DNA from: Camelus ferus
Lineage: Eukaryota
DNA length: 64,000 bases
Direction: 5' to 3'
NCBI RefSeq assembly: GCF_009834535.1
Contig: NC_045707.1
Span: 47,556,001 to 47,620,000, forward strand
Positions 38,801-53,069 of the stretch are shown in pieces; within the stretch, counting starts at the first letter, position 1, and each line of letters begins with the position of its first letter. The position numbers were made by a program, and so were the translations under genes. Below the pieces are notes generated by a model, which was given only the letters and a program-made list of their open reading frames with translations, was not told the DNA's origin and searched no databases.

Positions 38801-39779
38801 ACTTTAAAAACAAAGGCTATAAAGAAAGATAAAGAACAACACTATATAATGATAAAAGGAGCAATACAAGAAGACAGTATTACACCCATTAACATATATG
38901 CACCCAATATAGGAGGACTTAAATACATAAAACAAATACTAACAGACATAAAGGGAGAAACTGAAAGGAATACAATAGCAGTAGGAGACTTTAACACCCC
39001 ACGGACATCAATGGATAGATCTTCCAGACCGAAAATGAATAAGGCAACAAAGATCCTAAATGACACTAGAACAGTTAGACTTAATTGATATTTTCAGGAC
39101 ATTATATTCAAAACAATTCCAGAATACACATTCTCTTCACATGCACATGAAACATTCTCTAGGATAGAGCACATATTAGGACACAAAATAAGTCTCAACA
39201 AATTTAAAAGGATAGAAATCATTTCAAGCATTTTTTCTGACCACAAAGCATGAAACTAGAAATTAACCACAGAAAGAGAAATGAGGAAAAAATGATTATA
39301 TGGAGACTAAACAACATGCTACTTAAAAAAAAAAAAAAAAAAAAAAAACAAACCAGTCAATGATGAAATCAAAGAGGTTACTGAAAAATATCTTGAGAAA
39401 AATGACAAGGAAAACACAGTCACACAAATTTTATGGGTTGCAGCAAAAGCAGTCCTGAGAAGGAAGTTTATAGCGATACAGGCCTTCCTCAGAAGACAAG
39501 AACAATCTTAAACAATCCAACCTACCACTTAAAAGGATCAGAAAAAGAAAAATAAACAAAACCTAAAGTCAGCAGAGGGAATAAATTAAAGATCAGAGAG
39601 GAAATAAGTAAAACAGAGATCAAAAAGAGAACAGAAAAAGGGGGGAGGGTATAGCTCAAGTGGTAAAGTGTATCCTTGGCATGCATGAAGTACTGGGTTC
39701 AATTCCCAGTACTTCATCTAAAAATAAATAAACCTAGTCCCCCCCCCCCCCCCAAAAAGAGAGAGAACAGAAAGAGATC
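35821..39779 (+). mobile_element. L1 copy A, 5' part (5' UTR, decayed ORF1, ORF2 endonuclease region)
   Basis: Starts CAAGATGG...GAGCTCACCTCCTCTCAC. ORF1 remnants at ~37330-38170; ORF2 ATG at 38560; APE motifs INIYAPN and VGDFNTP; many stops and frameshifts. Confidence 0.9.
39640..39761 (+). mobile_element. tRNA-derived SINE (vic-1-like) inserted in L1 A
   Basis: GGGGAGGGTATAGCTCAAGTGG...GGGTTCAATTCCCAGTAC with AATAAATAAACCTA and C-run tail. TSD AGAGAACAGAAA at 39626-39637 and 39762-39773. Confidence 0.9.
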
Positions 39780-39780
39780 A

Positions 39781-42700
39781 TGTCAAGATGGTGGACCAGT
39801 AGGAACTTGATCTCACCTCCTCTCATGAACATAACAAAACCACAACTGACTTCTGAGCAACCACTGATAAAAAAGACTGGAACCTATCAAAAAAAAAAAA
39901 AAAAAAAAAAAAGATCTATGACTGAGACATAAAGAGGGAACCACAGTGGGAGAGTAGGAGGGGTACACTCACAATATAACTGGGTCCCATACCCCTCCTG
40001 GGATGGGTGACTCACAAGCTGGAGAATAATCATATTGCAAAGGTTCTCCCATAGAAGTAAGAGTTCTGAGCCCCACATCAGATTTCCCAGCCTAAGGGTC
40101 TGGCATCAGGAGGAGGAGACCCAGAGTACTTGGCTTTGAAGGCCAGTGGGGCTTAACTGCAGGAGCTTCACAGGACTAAGGGAAACAGAGACTTCACTCT
40201 TAAAGCACGTAGGCAAAAATCTCATGAGCACTGGGACAAAGGGTGGATATAGTGATTTCACTGGAGCCTCGGCCAGACCTGCATCCTGGTCTTGGAGAGT
40301 CTTCTGGGGAGGTAGGGGAGCTTTGGCTCACTTTTGGGACATAAAAGCTGGTGCTGGAAATTCAGGGAGTACTCACCTGCATTAACTTTCCTGGAGGCTG
40401 ACAACTTGCTTGGGTCAATAGCACCAAGACCTAGACACACCCAACAGCCTAGTGGCTCCACTGCTGGGACACCTCAGGCAAAAAAACTAAATGGGTGGGA
40501 ACACAGCCTCACCCATCAGCAGACAGGTTACCTAAAGACTTCCTGAGACCACAACTGCCTCTAGACACACCTCAAGACACAGCCCTGCTCAACAGAAAGC
40601 CTGCACCCAGCTCTACCCACCAGTGGGCAGGCACCAGCTCCTCTACCCAGGAATCCTGCACAAGCCTCTAGACCAGCCTCAACCACCAGGGGGGCAGACA
40701 CCAGAAGCAAGAAAACAATAATCCCACAGCCTTTGGAAGGAGTCCACAAAAACAGGACAGATTCTACCCTCAGAACAGCTACCTCCGATCCTCAGGTGAC
40801 AAGAAGGGAGTGTACTACTGGGATGCACAAGACATCTCCTACAAAGAGCCACTTCTCCAATGTCAAGAAATGTAACTAACTTACCATATACATAAAAATC
40901 CAAGTAGAAATTTAGACAAAATGAGGCAGCAGAGGAATATGTTCCAGGAAAAAAACAAGAGAAAATCCTAGAAGAAGTAAGTGATAAGGAGATAGTCAAT
41001 CTGCATGACAAAGAGTTCAGAGTAATGATTCTGAAGATGATCAGAGAACTTGGGAGGAAAACAGATGCACAGAGTGAGAAGTTAGAAGTTTTTAACAAAG
41101 AGTTAGAAAATATAAAGAACCAAACAGAGGTGAAGACTACAATAACTGAAGTGAAAAATACACTACAAGGGATGAAGAGTAGGGTAAATGAGGCAGAAGA
41201 ATGGATCAGTGAGCTAGAAGACAGACTGGAAATCACTACTGCAGAACAGAAAAAAGAAAAAAAGATAAGTAATGGAGACAATTTAAGAGACCTCTGGGAC
41301 AACATAAAGTGCACTAATATTTGCACTATAGGGGGCCCCAGAAGCAGAAGAGAGAAAGGGCCTGAGAAAATATGTGAAGAGATAATAGCTGAAAACGTCT
41401 CTAACTTGGGAAAGGAAACAATCACCCAAGTCCAGAAAGCACAGAAGGTTAATACAGGATTAACCTTAAAAGGAATACATCTAGACATATTATAATTAAA
41501 ATGACAAAAAACAAAGATAGAGAGAGAATAGTAAAAGCAACAAGGGAAAAGCAACAATTAACATACAAGGGAACACCAGCTATCAGCTGATTTTTCAGCA
41601 ACCTCTGCAGGTCAGAATGGAGTGGAACAATATGTTTAAGGAGATGAAACAAAGTCCTACAATCAAGAACACTCCACCCAGCAAGGCTCTCATTCAAATT
41701 TGATGGAGATATCCAGAGCTTTACAGACAAACAAAGCTAAAAGAATTCAGCACCATTAAACCAGCTTTATAATAAATGCTAAAGGAATGCTATATAGGCG
41801 GAAAAGAAAAGACCACAACTAGAAACAATAAAACTATGAAATGGAAAAACACACTGGTAAAGGCAAACATACAGTAAAGATAGGAAATCACCCACAAACA
41901 AGCTTGGAGGAAGGTTAAAATACAAAAGTAATAAATCTATCTCTATCCACAACAAGCAGTTAAGGGATACACAAACAATTAAATGTAAAATATGGTATAA
42001 AAAATAGTAATCACGAGGGGAGGAGAGTACAAATGAAGGGTATTTAAAATGCATTTGAAATTAAGACATCAGCAACTTATATCAAGTATATATATATAAA
42101 TACATATATAGAGAGATAGATATATATACATATAGATAGATACACAGAGATAGACACACACATATGTATAAATTGCTATACCAAAACCTTACGGTAACCA
42201 CGAACCAAAAATCTGTAATAGATACACACACAAAAAAGAAAAAGGATCCAAGCATAACAGTAAAGTTAGTCACACCAAATCACAAGAGAACAAAAGAAGG
42301 GGATGAAAGACTCACAAAACCAAAACAATTAACAAAATGGCAATAAAAACATACATATCAGTAATTTTCTTAAATGTAAATGAACTAAGTGCTCCAACCA
42401 AAAGATGTAGTCTGGCTAACTGTATACAAAAACAAGACCCATATATTTGCTGCTTACGAGAGGCTAACTTCAGATCGAGAGACAAGGAAGACTGAAAGTC
42501 AGGGCATGGAAAAAGGTATTCCATGCAAATGTAAATCAAAAGAATGCTGGAGTAGCAATACTTACATCAGACAAAATAAATTTTAAAGACTGTTGCAGGA
42601 GACAAAGAGAGACACTATGTAATGCTCAAGGGATCAATCCAAGAACATGATGTAACAATTCTAAATATATATGCATCCAACATAGGAGCACCTCAATATA

Positions 42701-45700
42701 TAAGGCAACTAGTAACAGACATAAAGGGAGAAACGGATAGTAACACAGTAATAGTGGGGGACCCTAACAACCCACTTACATCAATGGACAGATTATCAAG
42801 ACAGAAAATCAATAAGGAAATACAGGCCTTAAATGACACATTAAACCAGATGGACTTACTGATATTTATAGAAGATTCCATCCCAAAACAGCAGAATACA
42901 CATTCTTCTCAAGTGCATATGAAACATTCTCCACGATCACATGCTGGCCCACAAAGCAAACCTCAGTAAATTTAAGAAAACTGAAACCATATCAAACATC
43001 TTTTCCTAACACAATGCTATGAGATTAAAAATGAACTACCAGAAAAAAACTGCAAAACCCACAAACACGTGGAGGCAAAAAAGTATGCTAGTAAACAATC
43101 AATGGATCACTGAAGAAATAAAAAAATACCTAGAGACAAATCAAAACAAAAACACAATGATCTAAAACCTATGAGACACAGCACAAGTAGTTCTAAGAGG
43201 GAAGTTTATAGTGATACAAGCTTACCTCAGGAAATAAGAAAAATCTCAAATAAACAACCTAACCTTACACCTAAAACAACTAGAGAGAGAACAAACAAAA
43301 TCCAAAGCTAGAAGAAGGAAAGAAATCATTAAGACCAGAGTAGAAATAAATTAAATAGACTTTAAAAAATACTAGAAAAGATAAATGAAACTAAAAGCTA
43401 GTCCTTGAAAAGATAAGCCAAAACTAATAAACCTTTAACTGGACTCATCAAGATAAAAAGGGAGAGGGCCCAAATCAATAAAATTAGAAATGAAAAAGAA
43501 GGTAAAACTGACACCACAGAAATACAAAGAATCATAAGAGGCTACTATGAGCAACTATATGCCAATAAAATGAAAAACCTAGAAGACATGGACAAATTCT
43601 TAGAAAGGCATAATCTCCCAAGACTGAACCATAAAGAAATAGAAAATATGAACAGAACAATTACCAGTAATGAAACTGAATCTGTATTTAAAAATTCCCA
43701 ACAAACAAAAGTTCAGGACCAGATGGCTTCACAGGCGAGACTGACCAAACACAGAGGAGTTAACAGCTGTCCTTCTGAAACTATTTCAAAAAGTTGCAGA
43801 GAAAGGAACACTTCTGAACTCATTCTAGGCGGCCACCATTAATCTGATACTAAAACCAGATAAAGATAATCCAAAAAAAGAAAATTACAAGCCAACACCA
43901 CTTACGAACACAGATGCAAAAATCCTCAGCAAAATACCAGCAAACCGACTCCAACAATATATGAAAAGCATCGTATACCATGATCAAGTGGGATTTATCC
44001 CAGAGATGCAAGGATTGTTCTATATCCATAAATCAATCAGTCTGATACACATTAACAAAATGAAGAATAAAAACCATATGATTATCTCAAGAGGTGCAGA
44101 AAAAGCTTTTGATAAAATTCAGTATCAATTTATGATAAAAACTCTTTAGAAATTAGGCACAGAGGGAACATACCTCAACATCATAAAGGCCATGCATGAC
44201 AAACCCACAACTAACATCTGCTCAATGTTAAAAAGCTGCAAGCATTTCCTCTAAAATCAGGAACAAGGCAAGGATGCCCACTCTTGCAACTTTTATTCAA
44301 CACAGTTTTGGAAGTCCTAGCCACAGCAATCAGAGAAAAAAAAGAAATAAAAGGGATCCAAAATGGAAAAGATAAAGTAAAACTGTCACTGTTTGCAGAT
44401 GATATGATACATAGAAAATCCTAAAGAGGCTACCAGAAAACTACTAGACCTCATCAATGAATCTGGTAAAGTTGCAGGATACAAAATTAATACACAGTTA
44501 TCTGTTGCATTTCTATATACTAGCATTGAAATATCAGAAAAAGAAATCAAGAAAACGATCCCACTTACCATCACATTAAAAAGAGTAAAATACCTAGGAA
44601 TAAAACTCCCTAGGGAGGCAAAAGACATGTACTCCAAAAACTATAAAACACTGATGAAAGAAATTGAGGATGACAATAACAGGTGGAAAAATATACTGTG
44701 TTCTTGAATTGGAAGAATCAATATTGTTTAAATAGCCATACTACCCAAGGAAATATATAGATTCAGTGCAATTCCTATCAAATTACCAATGACATTTTTC
44801 ACAGAACCGGAACAAAAAATTTAAAATTTGTATGGAAACACAAAAGACCCTGAATAGCCAAAACAATCTTGAGAAAGAACAGAGCTGGAGGAATCAGGTT
44901 CCCTAACTTCAGACTATATTACAAAGCTACAGTAATTAAAAGAATATGATACTGGCACAAAAATAGACATATAGATCAATAGAACAGAATAGAAATCCGA
45001 GAAATAAACCCATGCAGTTTTGGTCAATTAATCTTTGACAAGTGAGTCAAGAATATACAATGGAGAAAAGACAATCTCTTCAATAAGTGGTGCTGGGAAA
45101 ACTGGGCAGCTACATGTAAAAGAATGAAATTAAAACATTCTCTAACACCATATATGAAAATAAACTCAAAATGGATTAAAAACCTAAATGGAAAACTGGA
45201 TACTATAAAATTCCTAGAGGAAAACATAGGCAGAACACTCTCTGACATAAATCACAGCAATATTTTTTTGGATCCATCTCCTAGAGTAATGGAAATAAAA
45301 GCAAAAATAAACAAATGGGACCTAATCAAACTTATAAGCTTTTGCACATCAAAAGAAACCATAAACAAAATGAAAAGACTTACTATGGACTTGGAGAAAA
45401 TATTAGCAAACAATGCCACCAACAAGGGCTTAATTTCCAAAATATACAAACAGCTCATACAGCTCAATAACAAAAAAACAAATAACCCAATAAAAAATGT
45501 GCAAAAGATCTAAATAGACAATTCTCCAAAGACATACAGATGGCCAGCAGGCACATGAAAAGATGCTCAACATCACTAATTATTGGAGAAATGCAAATCA
45601 AAACTACAATGAGGTATCTATAGCTTCACACAGTCAGAAAGGCCATCATTAAAGTCTACAAATAAGAAATGCTGAAGAGGGTGTGGAGAAAAAGGAACCC

Positions 45701-46150
45701 TCCTACACTGCTGATGGCAATGTAATTTGGTGCAGCCACTATGGAGAACAGTATGGAGGTTCCCTAAAAAGATAAAAATAGAGTTACCGTATGATTCAGC
45801 AATCCCACTCCTGAGCATAGATCTGGAGAAAACTCCAATTTGAAAAGAAATACGCACTCCAATGTTAACAACAACACTACTTACAACAGCCAAGACATGG
45901 AAACAACCTAAATGCCCATCAACAGATGAATAGATTAAGATGTGAGATACACACACACACTGGAATATTACTGAGTCATAAAAAGGAACGAAATAACGCC
46001 ATTTGCAGCAACATGGGTGGATCTAGAGATTATCATACTAAGTGAAGTAAGTCAGACAATGAACAACAAATACCCACTATATCACTTATATGTGGAATCT
46101 AAAAAAAAATGATAGAAATAAATTTATATACAAAACAGATAGTCTCACAT
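39781..46150 (+). mobile_element. L1 copy B, near full length, degenerate, 3' end missing
   Basis: Has its own 5' UTR (CAAGATGG...CTCACCTCCTCTCA). ORF1 from ATG 40921 (coiled coil); ORF2 from ATG 42337 with EN, RT (LFADDM at ~44389-44406) and C-terminus; multiply disrupted. Confidence 0.92.
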
Positions 46151-47150
46151 GCATTCATGAAAAAACTCTTACCAAAGTGAGCATAGGGGGAAATATCTCA
46201 ACAGAATAAAAGCTATTTATGACAAACCCACAGGCAACATAATACTGAACGGTGAAAAGCTTAAAGCCTTCCTACCAAAGTCTGGAACAAGACAAGGATG
46301 CCGACTCTCACAATTCTCCAAAGACAAAGACGGTCAACGAGCACATGAAAAGATGCTCAACATTGCTAATTATTAGAGAAATGCAAATCAAAACTACAGA
46401 ATGGCCATCATCAAAAAGTCTACAAATAATAAATGCTGGAGAGGGTGTGGAGAAAAGGGAACCCTCCTACACTGTCAGGTTACTACAATGTAAACTGGTG
46501 CTGCCACTATGGAGAACAATTTGGAGGTTCCTTTAAAAACTAAACATATACTTAACATACGATCCAGCAATCCCATTCCTGAGCATATAGCTGGAGAAAA
46601 CTAATTCAAAAAGACACATGCACCCCAATGTTCATAGCAGCACTATTTACAATAGCCAAGACATGGAAGCAAATGTCCATCAATAGACAAATGCATAAAG
46701 AAAATGTGGTATATATACACAATGGAGTATTACTCAGCCATAAAAAGTAATGAAATAATGCCATTTGAAGCAACATGGGTAGACCTAGAAATTATCATTA
46801 AGTGAAGTAAGTCAGACAGAGAAAGGTAAATATATGATATCACTTGTACATGGAACCTAAAATAGGATACAAATGAAGTTATTTACAAAATAGAAAGATT
46901 CAGAGACATAGAAAGCAAACTATGGTTACCAAAGGGGAAAGAGGGGGAAGGATAAATTAGGAGTTTGGGATTAGCAGATACAAACTACTATGTATAAAAA
47001 CAGATAACAAGGTCCTACTATATATAACACAAGGAACTATATTTAATATCTTGTAAGCTATAATGGAAAACAATATGAAAAAGAATATATATGTATAACT
47101 GAAGCACTCAGCTGTAATCAGAAACTAACACTAAATTAATTATACATCAA
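46151..47150 (+). mobile_element. L1 3' remainder (probably copy A): short RT piece, internal deletion, ORF2 end and 3' UTR
   Basis: 46151-46308 repeats RT sequence homologous to ~44125-44285, then jumps to sequence homologous to ~45520 and runs through a complete 3' UTR. Confidence 0.8.
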
Positions 47151-47275
47151 TAATTTATAAAATCTGTAAATTTTATAATTTATGTATAAGTTTTATAATT
47201 TACATGTCATAAAATTTATACATAAATCCTATAATTTATAAAATTCTATTTATATAATTTACATATAAATTTATT
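47150..47275. repeat. degenerate AT-rich tandem repeat (TATAATTTA-like units)
   Basis: Recurrent ATAATTTA and TTTATA units at the L1 3' terminus. Confidence 0.6.
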
Positions 47276-49656
47276 AAGAATCCAATGTGTTTAGGGGAAG
47301 TGAAAAGGATTGAAGTGCCCAAATAAAAATGTTCTCCTCATAAATCTGCTTTTGTCTGCAACACTGGTCTGGGGCAACCAGCATTCTTAGAATCTTGGGA
47401 AATCTACTTAAGTTCTCCAAACCCCATCTCTGAAATGTGGATGACACAAGTAAGTACCTTAAAGGTTGGTGAGAGGTTTTAACAAGACAATCCACACAAA
47501 GTGCTGAGAACAATGCCTGACATGTCTTGAACATTCAGTCCATGGTAGGTAGATTTGTTCGCAATTGTTAATTGAGCAACACTAAGAGACCTGGTACAAA
47601 GTTCTCAGTCTGTTTCTCTGCATCACTTTAACAGTCTCTGAAAGAGTGCGGAGAATTCTACCCGTCAGCATGCACCAGGATAATGTACAGATGTTCACAA
47701 AGCCCAGCCCCACGTGGTACGGAGAGTAAATTAATCCCAGTGCAGTCATAGCCCAATTCCAGGCAGCCCATTACATGGCACAGATAAAAGCTGTCCAACA
47801 ATGTTTATATCAGAGCCTAAGCTTTAGACTGATTCGAATCCTGCCTCTGCCCCTGAACAACCATATCTTTCAGCAAGTTGTCTAATTCTTCTAAGCTCCT
47901 GAAAAATGGGGATATCAAATCCCACAGGGTTACTATGTAGACAAAGAAATCAGAGATGACTAGCTTGTAGCATAGTGTCTGGCCACAGAACCAGTCACCT
48001 TTATTATTATTATTTCATTATTAATTATATATCATTATTACATGTATAATTATTTTAGATTATAATTATATTATTATTATTTGTGTTGTTTTGCTCTGTA
48101 CTCCGGGGCTGTGGAAAGCAGATTCACCTTCAATTCCTCCAAAGCCTCTCCCTGACCCCTCATCTTTGTTTCATGATGCTAACAGTTCCTTAGCAACAGA
48201 AAGTAGTCCTGAGGAGTTGGAAACAATCCTGGTAGTGAAGTGTATTGGAATAATTTTCCCTTAAGACCTTCATCAAGGTTCTTTTTTGCTACCTATTGGC
48301 CATGTGATCTTGCAAAAGTCACATGAACTCTCTATGCCTCAGGGACAAGTGGGGACAATATAATCAACTTCACAGTTTTGTGCTAAGGATTAAGAGAAGT
48401 TTGAGAAAATGCCTTGTAAAGCATTATGCATTATAAAAATATTACATGTTATCATTACAACACTGCATCCTCCATTCCTTTCCCTAAATATTTTTGCATG
48501 CTATATATATTTCATATATAAATGTAAGTTTCTACGTCACAAATGTTTGGGGTTTTCCACAGTTATTTGAAAATAGTGTCTGAGCCTTGTTAAATTATTC
48601 TCTGCCCTAACTTTGAAGGGACAGGAATGAACCTTGATTCTTCCTAGTTTAGGGGCCTGGCAATGAGTCTCATCCATCAGCTTCCAGGGAAAACTTTTGC
48701 AACAAGATTATTCATACCTTTGGAAATATAATGAGCTTTCAGTTTTTAGGTTGAATAGCAAAGAAAACACTGAAAGGCTAAAGCTACAAAAATAGGGCCG
48801 AGTCTCTTCTCAAGATCATTCATGCCACGCCTAGGTTTCCTGGAACATCCAGCCACAGCAAAGGCGCATGATTCACAGCTAAGTTGTTGGAAACTGTGCA
48901 TGGTGGCCGTTTCCCCCAGAGCTCTAAGGTGATGTCCGGCAGGGACTTCTTGCAGCTGCAGGGAAGAGTTTGTTTTCTGGAAAGGCTTGGACCATTTTCT
49001 TGGGTCATACAAAAGGGCTCTGGCATAATACTAAAAGGTACAGTTCAGACTAAAGACATGTCACAAAAAGGAGCCAGAGGAACTTGAGAAGTCAAGGAAA
49101 AATCGTCCTAGTTTTGCTTATTAATGCTGAAGGTCCTTAGCAGAAATTCCTTGTTCTAAGAAACACTTTGGGACCCACAGCCGCCATACTGGACAACTTC
49201 AGGGGCAGCATCTACATTTTGTCCTCAAGGGGGCACCATTCACATAGAATACAATGTAAATGCTGTGTCAAACTTTTGTGCAACAGGACCTTGCTGGGAC
49301 CAAAACCTGCCAGAGTCAAGTATCCAGTCACAAACAAAGCCTTAGTTTCTCACTGTAGCTTTCTTATCAACTTCTTCCACAAACAAACCAAAAAACAAGT
49401 AAAACATTTTAGAGTCCCAGCCAAAATTTCTGGAGGGACATTAGATGATTTAATGTTTCCAGATGTGCACCATTTAAAATCCTAAGTGTGCAGTGGATAT
49501 GATGTATTTATGAGGAATGTAGATTTGTAGTTAAAATGCATTGTTGATGATTTATTTTCCTTCTTTCCCACTTAATTTAGGTCTAATAATTCCAAGTACC
49601 TGTTACATTCAAAGAATCTCAGGAAAAAAATAAAAGAAAAGAAAATGGTACTTTAC

Positions 49657-49770
49657 TTTCATATAAATTCCAAAGTCACCTCTCTGCCTCAGGCTCTCAA
49701 GACAAAAGACAGCAGCTGAGTAATTCAGGCAGTAGGTCTGGTGGCTGTGACGCAGTCCTCCTCGGAAATA
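49657..49770 (-). pseudogene. PLEKHG7: PLEKHG7 exon YFRGGLRHSHQTYCLNYSAAVFCLESLRQRGDFGIYMK
   Basis: tggcag| acceptor and |gtaaag donor; 114 nt, open; DH YCxNY motif. Confidence 0.93.
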
Positions 49771-51613
49771 CTGCCAAAGGAGAAAGGCAGAAGAATCAAT
49801 GGAAGCAAAGAGCACAGACAGACTTTCTCTTTCTCTTCCCTTTTTATCAGTAACTACAATAGGGAAAGTGAAGGAGGCACCATTATTAAGTAGGAGCTAG
49901 GACTGAATAGATAGAAACAGGCAATCTTCACAATAAACCGTCTTTAAAACAAACTAATATTCCCATAATAGTTAACTCCTCAATAAGCGGCCTTTTTTTG
50001 TGTGCCATACTTAAAGAAAATTCTATTCAGGACATCCTGATTTAACTTACCCTTAACTTGAGTTTATGCTTTGTTGAAACCTACTCATGCTGCCTGATAC
50101 CTGATAACAAACACTACCTTTGATTTCACTGCTCATGTTGTTGATGTTAAGCTTGTGTTCATAGTAAGTGATTAAAGTAACATCATCTAACTTTTCATCA
50201 AATCCTGTTCAAAAATATCCGCAAGCTTAATTCTCCTGCTGGCTTCTAAAAATGCAGAGTCAAATTTGGGGCATCTCTACTAAATGTACTAGGTTTAGTA
50301 GCATACATTTTATGTACTAGTCTTACCTAATCTAACATTTGTCTTCCCCTTCTTTCATTGTTCTTATTTAATGTCTTAAACTTGTTATAAATGACTATAT
50401 ATTCTTAAGTCACACCAAATTTATTTCAGAATAAGGCAAGTGGCTTACTTGAATGTATATATTCATATGTATTATGGTCAAACTGAGCACACTGCACAAA
50501 AATGTCTTTCTTGGAAATGACAGTTATTCTCTTCTCTTCATCAATGCTTCTGTCTCCTGACTGGCAGACACTCTCTTTAGGATTCCATAGTGCTTAACCA
50601 TGTTGCTAAGCCTATTTGTGCCTTTTGATAGGTTTGTTAATTAATATAATGAGTAATAGGTCCCACTAAGAAATTTCCAAGTGTCATGATGTGGTAAATG
50701 GGAGAAGGAAGACATACTTGCTGGTCATGTTATAACTGCAGCGAGTAGAGACAGCAGACCCAGCCTAACAAACCAGTATAGTAAGTGACAGTAGTAGAAG
50801 CAGAGATTATGAAAACCCAGAAAAATATTTTGTTACAGGACCTTAGAAGACAAAATGCTATGGGGAGAGATGTCAAGTTTTGTCTTCAGGAAGAAGTAAT
50901 TTGAAAGCTGATGATGTGAAAAGTTTATTTTTGCTGGGGGCTTTTGGGGATAGCTGGGGCTTTGGAGAGAAAGAGGTCACCGAGATGCTTTAGAAATACC
51001 ATTATTAGAAGGCCACTGTGAAGACCATAAATAGTCAGGCTTAGAAATCCAGTTCTACAACCCACTGGCTATGTGACCTTGGCCAAATGATTTAACTTCT
51101 CCAAGCCTGTTTCCTTCTCAGTGACTTCTCAGATGGCTTATGTGTGAATAATGAATGTCCCAATCTTCCCCTGGTGAGCTTCTTATGAGATACCATGGTA
51201 AACTGTATCACTGCCTATCTAATTCCTTTTCCTGGGAAGGATTATAGTATCTACTCCACTGAGGGTAAGCTTGGCATGTGACTTTCTTAGGCCCTGCCCC
51301 AGTCTCAAGTCATTGCCCTGGGGACTGGTAACATTCCAGGTGGTGGCTGCTCCCTCAGCATGGGTCCCACAGTAAGCATAATAACAAAGTAGGAGCAGAA
51401 AGTAAGTGAGATATGAATTAAGCTACTGAGATTTGGAGTTTGTTCTCTGTTACAACTGAATTTAACCTGACTGAAACAGATTTTTAAATTTAGGAAAAAC
51501 TTTTATAACCCATCTTTGTACATCTGTAACATAATAGGAAGCATTCATATGTGAGTTATATTATAGACTTTTGAGTAAAGAGTCTATGCTTTACTAGGCT
51601 ATAAGTGCACTTA

Positions 51614-51944
51614 TGCTATGGTCTGAATATTTGTGTCCCTCTCAAATTCATACGTTGAATTCTAATCCCCAATGTGATGGCATTAGGAGGTAGGTCCTTC
51701 AGGAGATGATTAGGTCTTAAAGATAGACCCCCTCATGAATGAGATTAATGCCCAGAGAGCTCTCTTCCCCTTTTGCTATGTGATGGATACAATAAGTCTG
51801 CAACTGGAAGAGGGACCTCACTTAACCAGCCTGCCACCCTGACCTTGGACTTACAGACTCCCAAACTGTGAGAAATTGATTTCTGTTGTTTCAAGCTACC
51901 CAGTCTGTGGCACTTCATTATAGCAGCCTGAGCAGACTAAGACA
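51614..51944 (+). mobile_element. MaLR (MLT1A/MST-type) solo LTR
   Basis: TGCTATGGTCTGAATATTTGTGTCCC...GCAGACTAAGACA; TSD ACTTA/ACTTC. Confidence 0.85.
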
Positions 51945-53069
51945 ACTTCTGTGCTTTGATGAGGAGTTGATATTTCTCCAGACTATTTACTATAAACTAA
52001 ATTAAAAATAATTTCTTACTCTAAAGGAACTGAGAGATTCTGAGATTTTAATTAATTCTCAACACTTTACATTCTTTCCCTTGTTCTTCAAAGCTTTTCT
52101 TTTTCTGTTTTCAAAGTTCATTAAGGGAATCTCCATCCTTTATACCTCATTTTCTGCTTCTTTTGCCTTGATAAATAACTCCTCCTTGTTCACATGTCAC
52201 CTCACGCATCACTGCCCCGGGAAAAATCTCCTATCTATAACCACCTCACCATTGGCCCCAACTTAGAAGTTGTCCTTCATAATATACATATGCTCCTTTT
52301 TTCCCCAGGACTGATCTCAATTTGATGATATCATTAGTGTCATTATTGGATTAATTTCTCCCTCAATAACTGAAAACTCCCCCAAAGCAGGAGGTGTGTC
52401 GAATTTTGCACATTATTGTGTACAGGGTATCAGCCCCACACATAAGCACTTAGTAAGTGCTCTATAAACCTCAATCTATGTTTATTTTTTAATGGACTGT
52501 AACAATTTAAATTTTGCTAAATGAGAATAGACAGGGATTAGATTAAAAAGCTCAAAGGAGGGGAAGAGGTTCAAATATCTACTTACAAAAAAAATTGCAT
52601 TTATCAAACCAGGGGTTCAAGTTTTCCTCCTCTCGCCTCCTTTCGTACACAGAAGTCTTATTAAAGGTGTTGATGGATTTGAAGGCTTATTTTGTTCCTT
52701 TCAGAGAGCCTGGCACTTTTGTTAGAAGAACAACTGAACCATGTAATTAGCCTACACAAACTATTGCCATGAATATTGCTTTAAATTGAAATGATTTGAA
52801 AAACAGACATGGAAATGGCTTTTCCGTGCATGCAGATTTTTGTGTTAATAAAACCCACACAGGAGAGGTGATAATGTAAAAACAGAATCTGCAAGTTATT
52901 TTTGAAAATGCTGATTGGCGGAGAAAGGGAGGGTTCCCTTGTGGGAGGGTGCTGGCGGAGCTTTCCCAGGAACAACAACAACAACGAACAAGTGGATATA
53001 AACAACGTCCTATCCTGACATGTGGGTTAATTTATTATACGAAGCTGAGATCTCCCAGAAGGATTTTAC

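Noticed and set aside
40679..41557. 292-aa - strand ORF, the longest in the window
   Set aside because: Antisense shadow of the A-rich L1 ORF1, with F/S/L-biased composition.
39781..46150. Possibly active full-length L1
   Set aside because: Both ORFs are broken by many stops and frameshifts, and the 3' end is missing.
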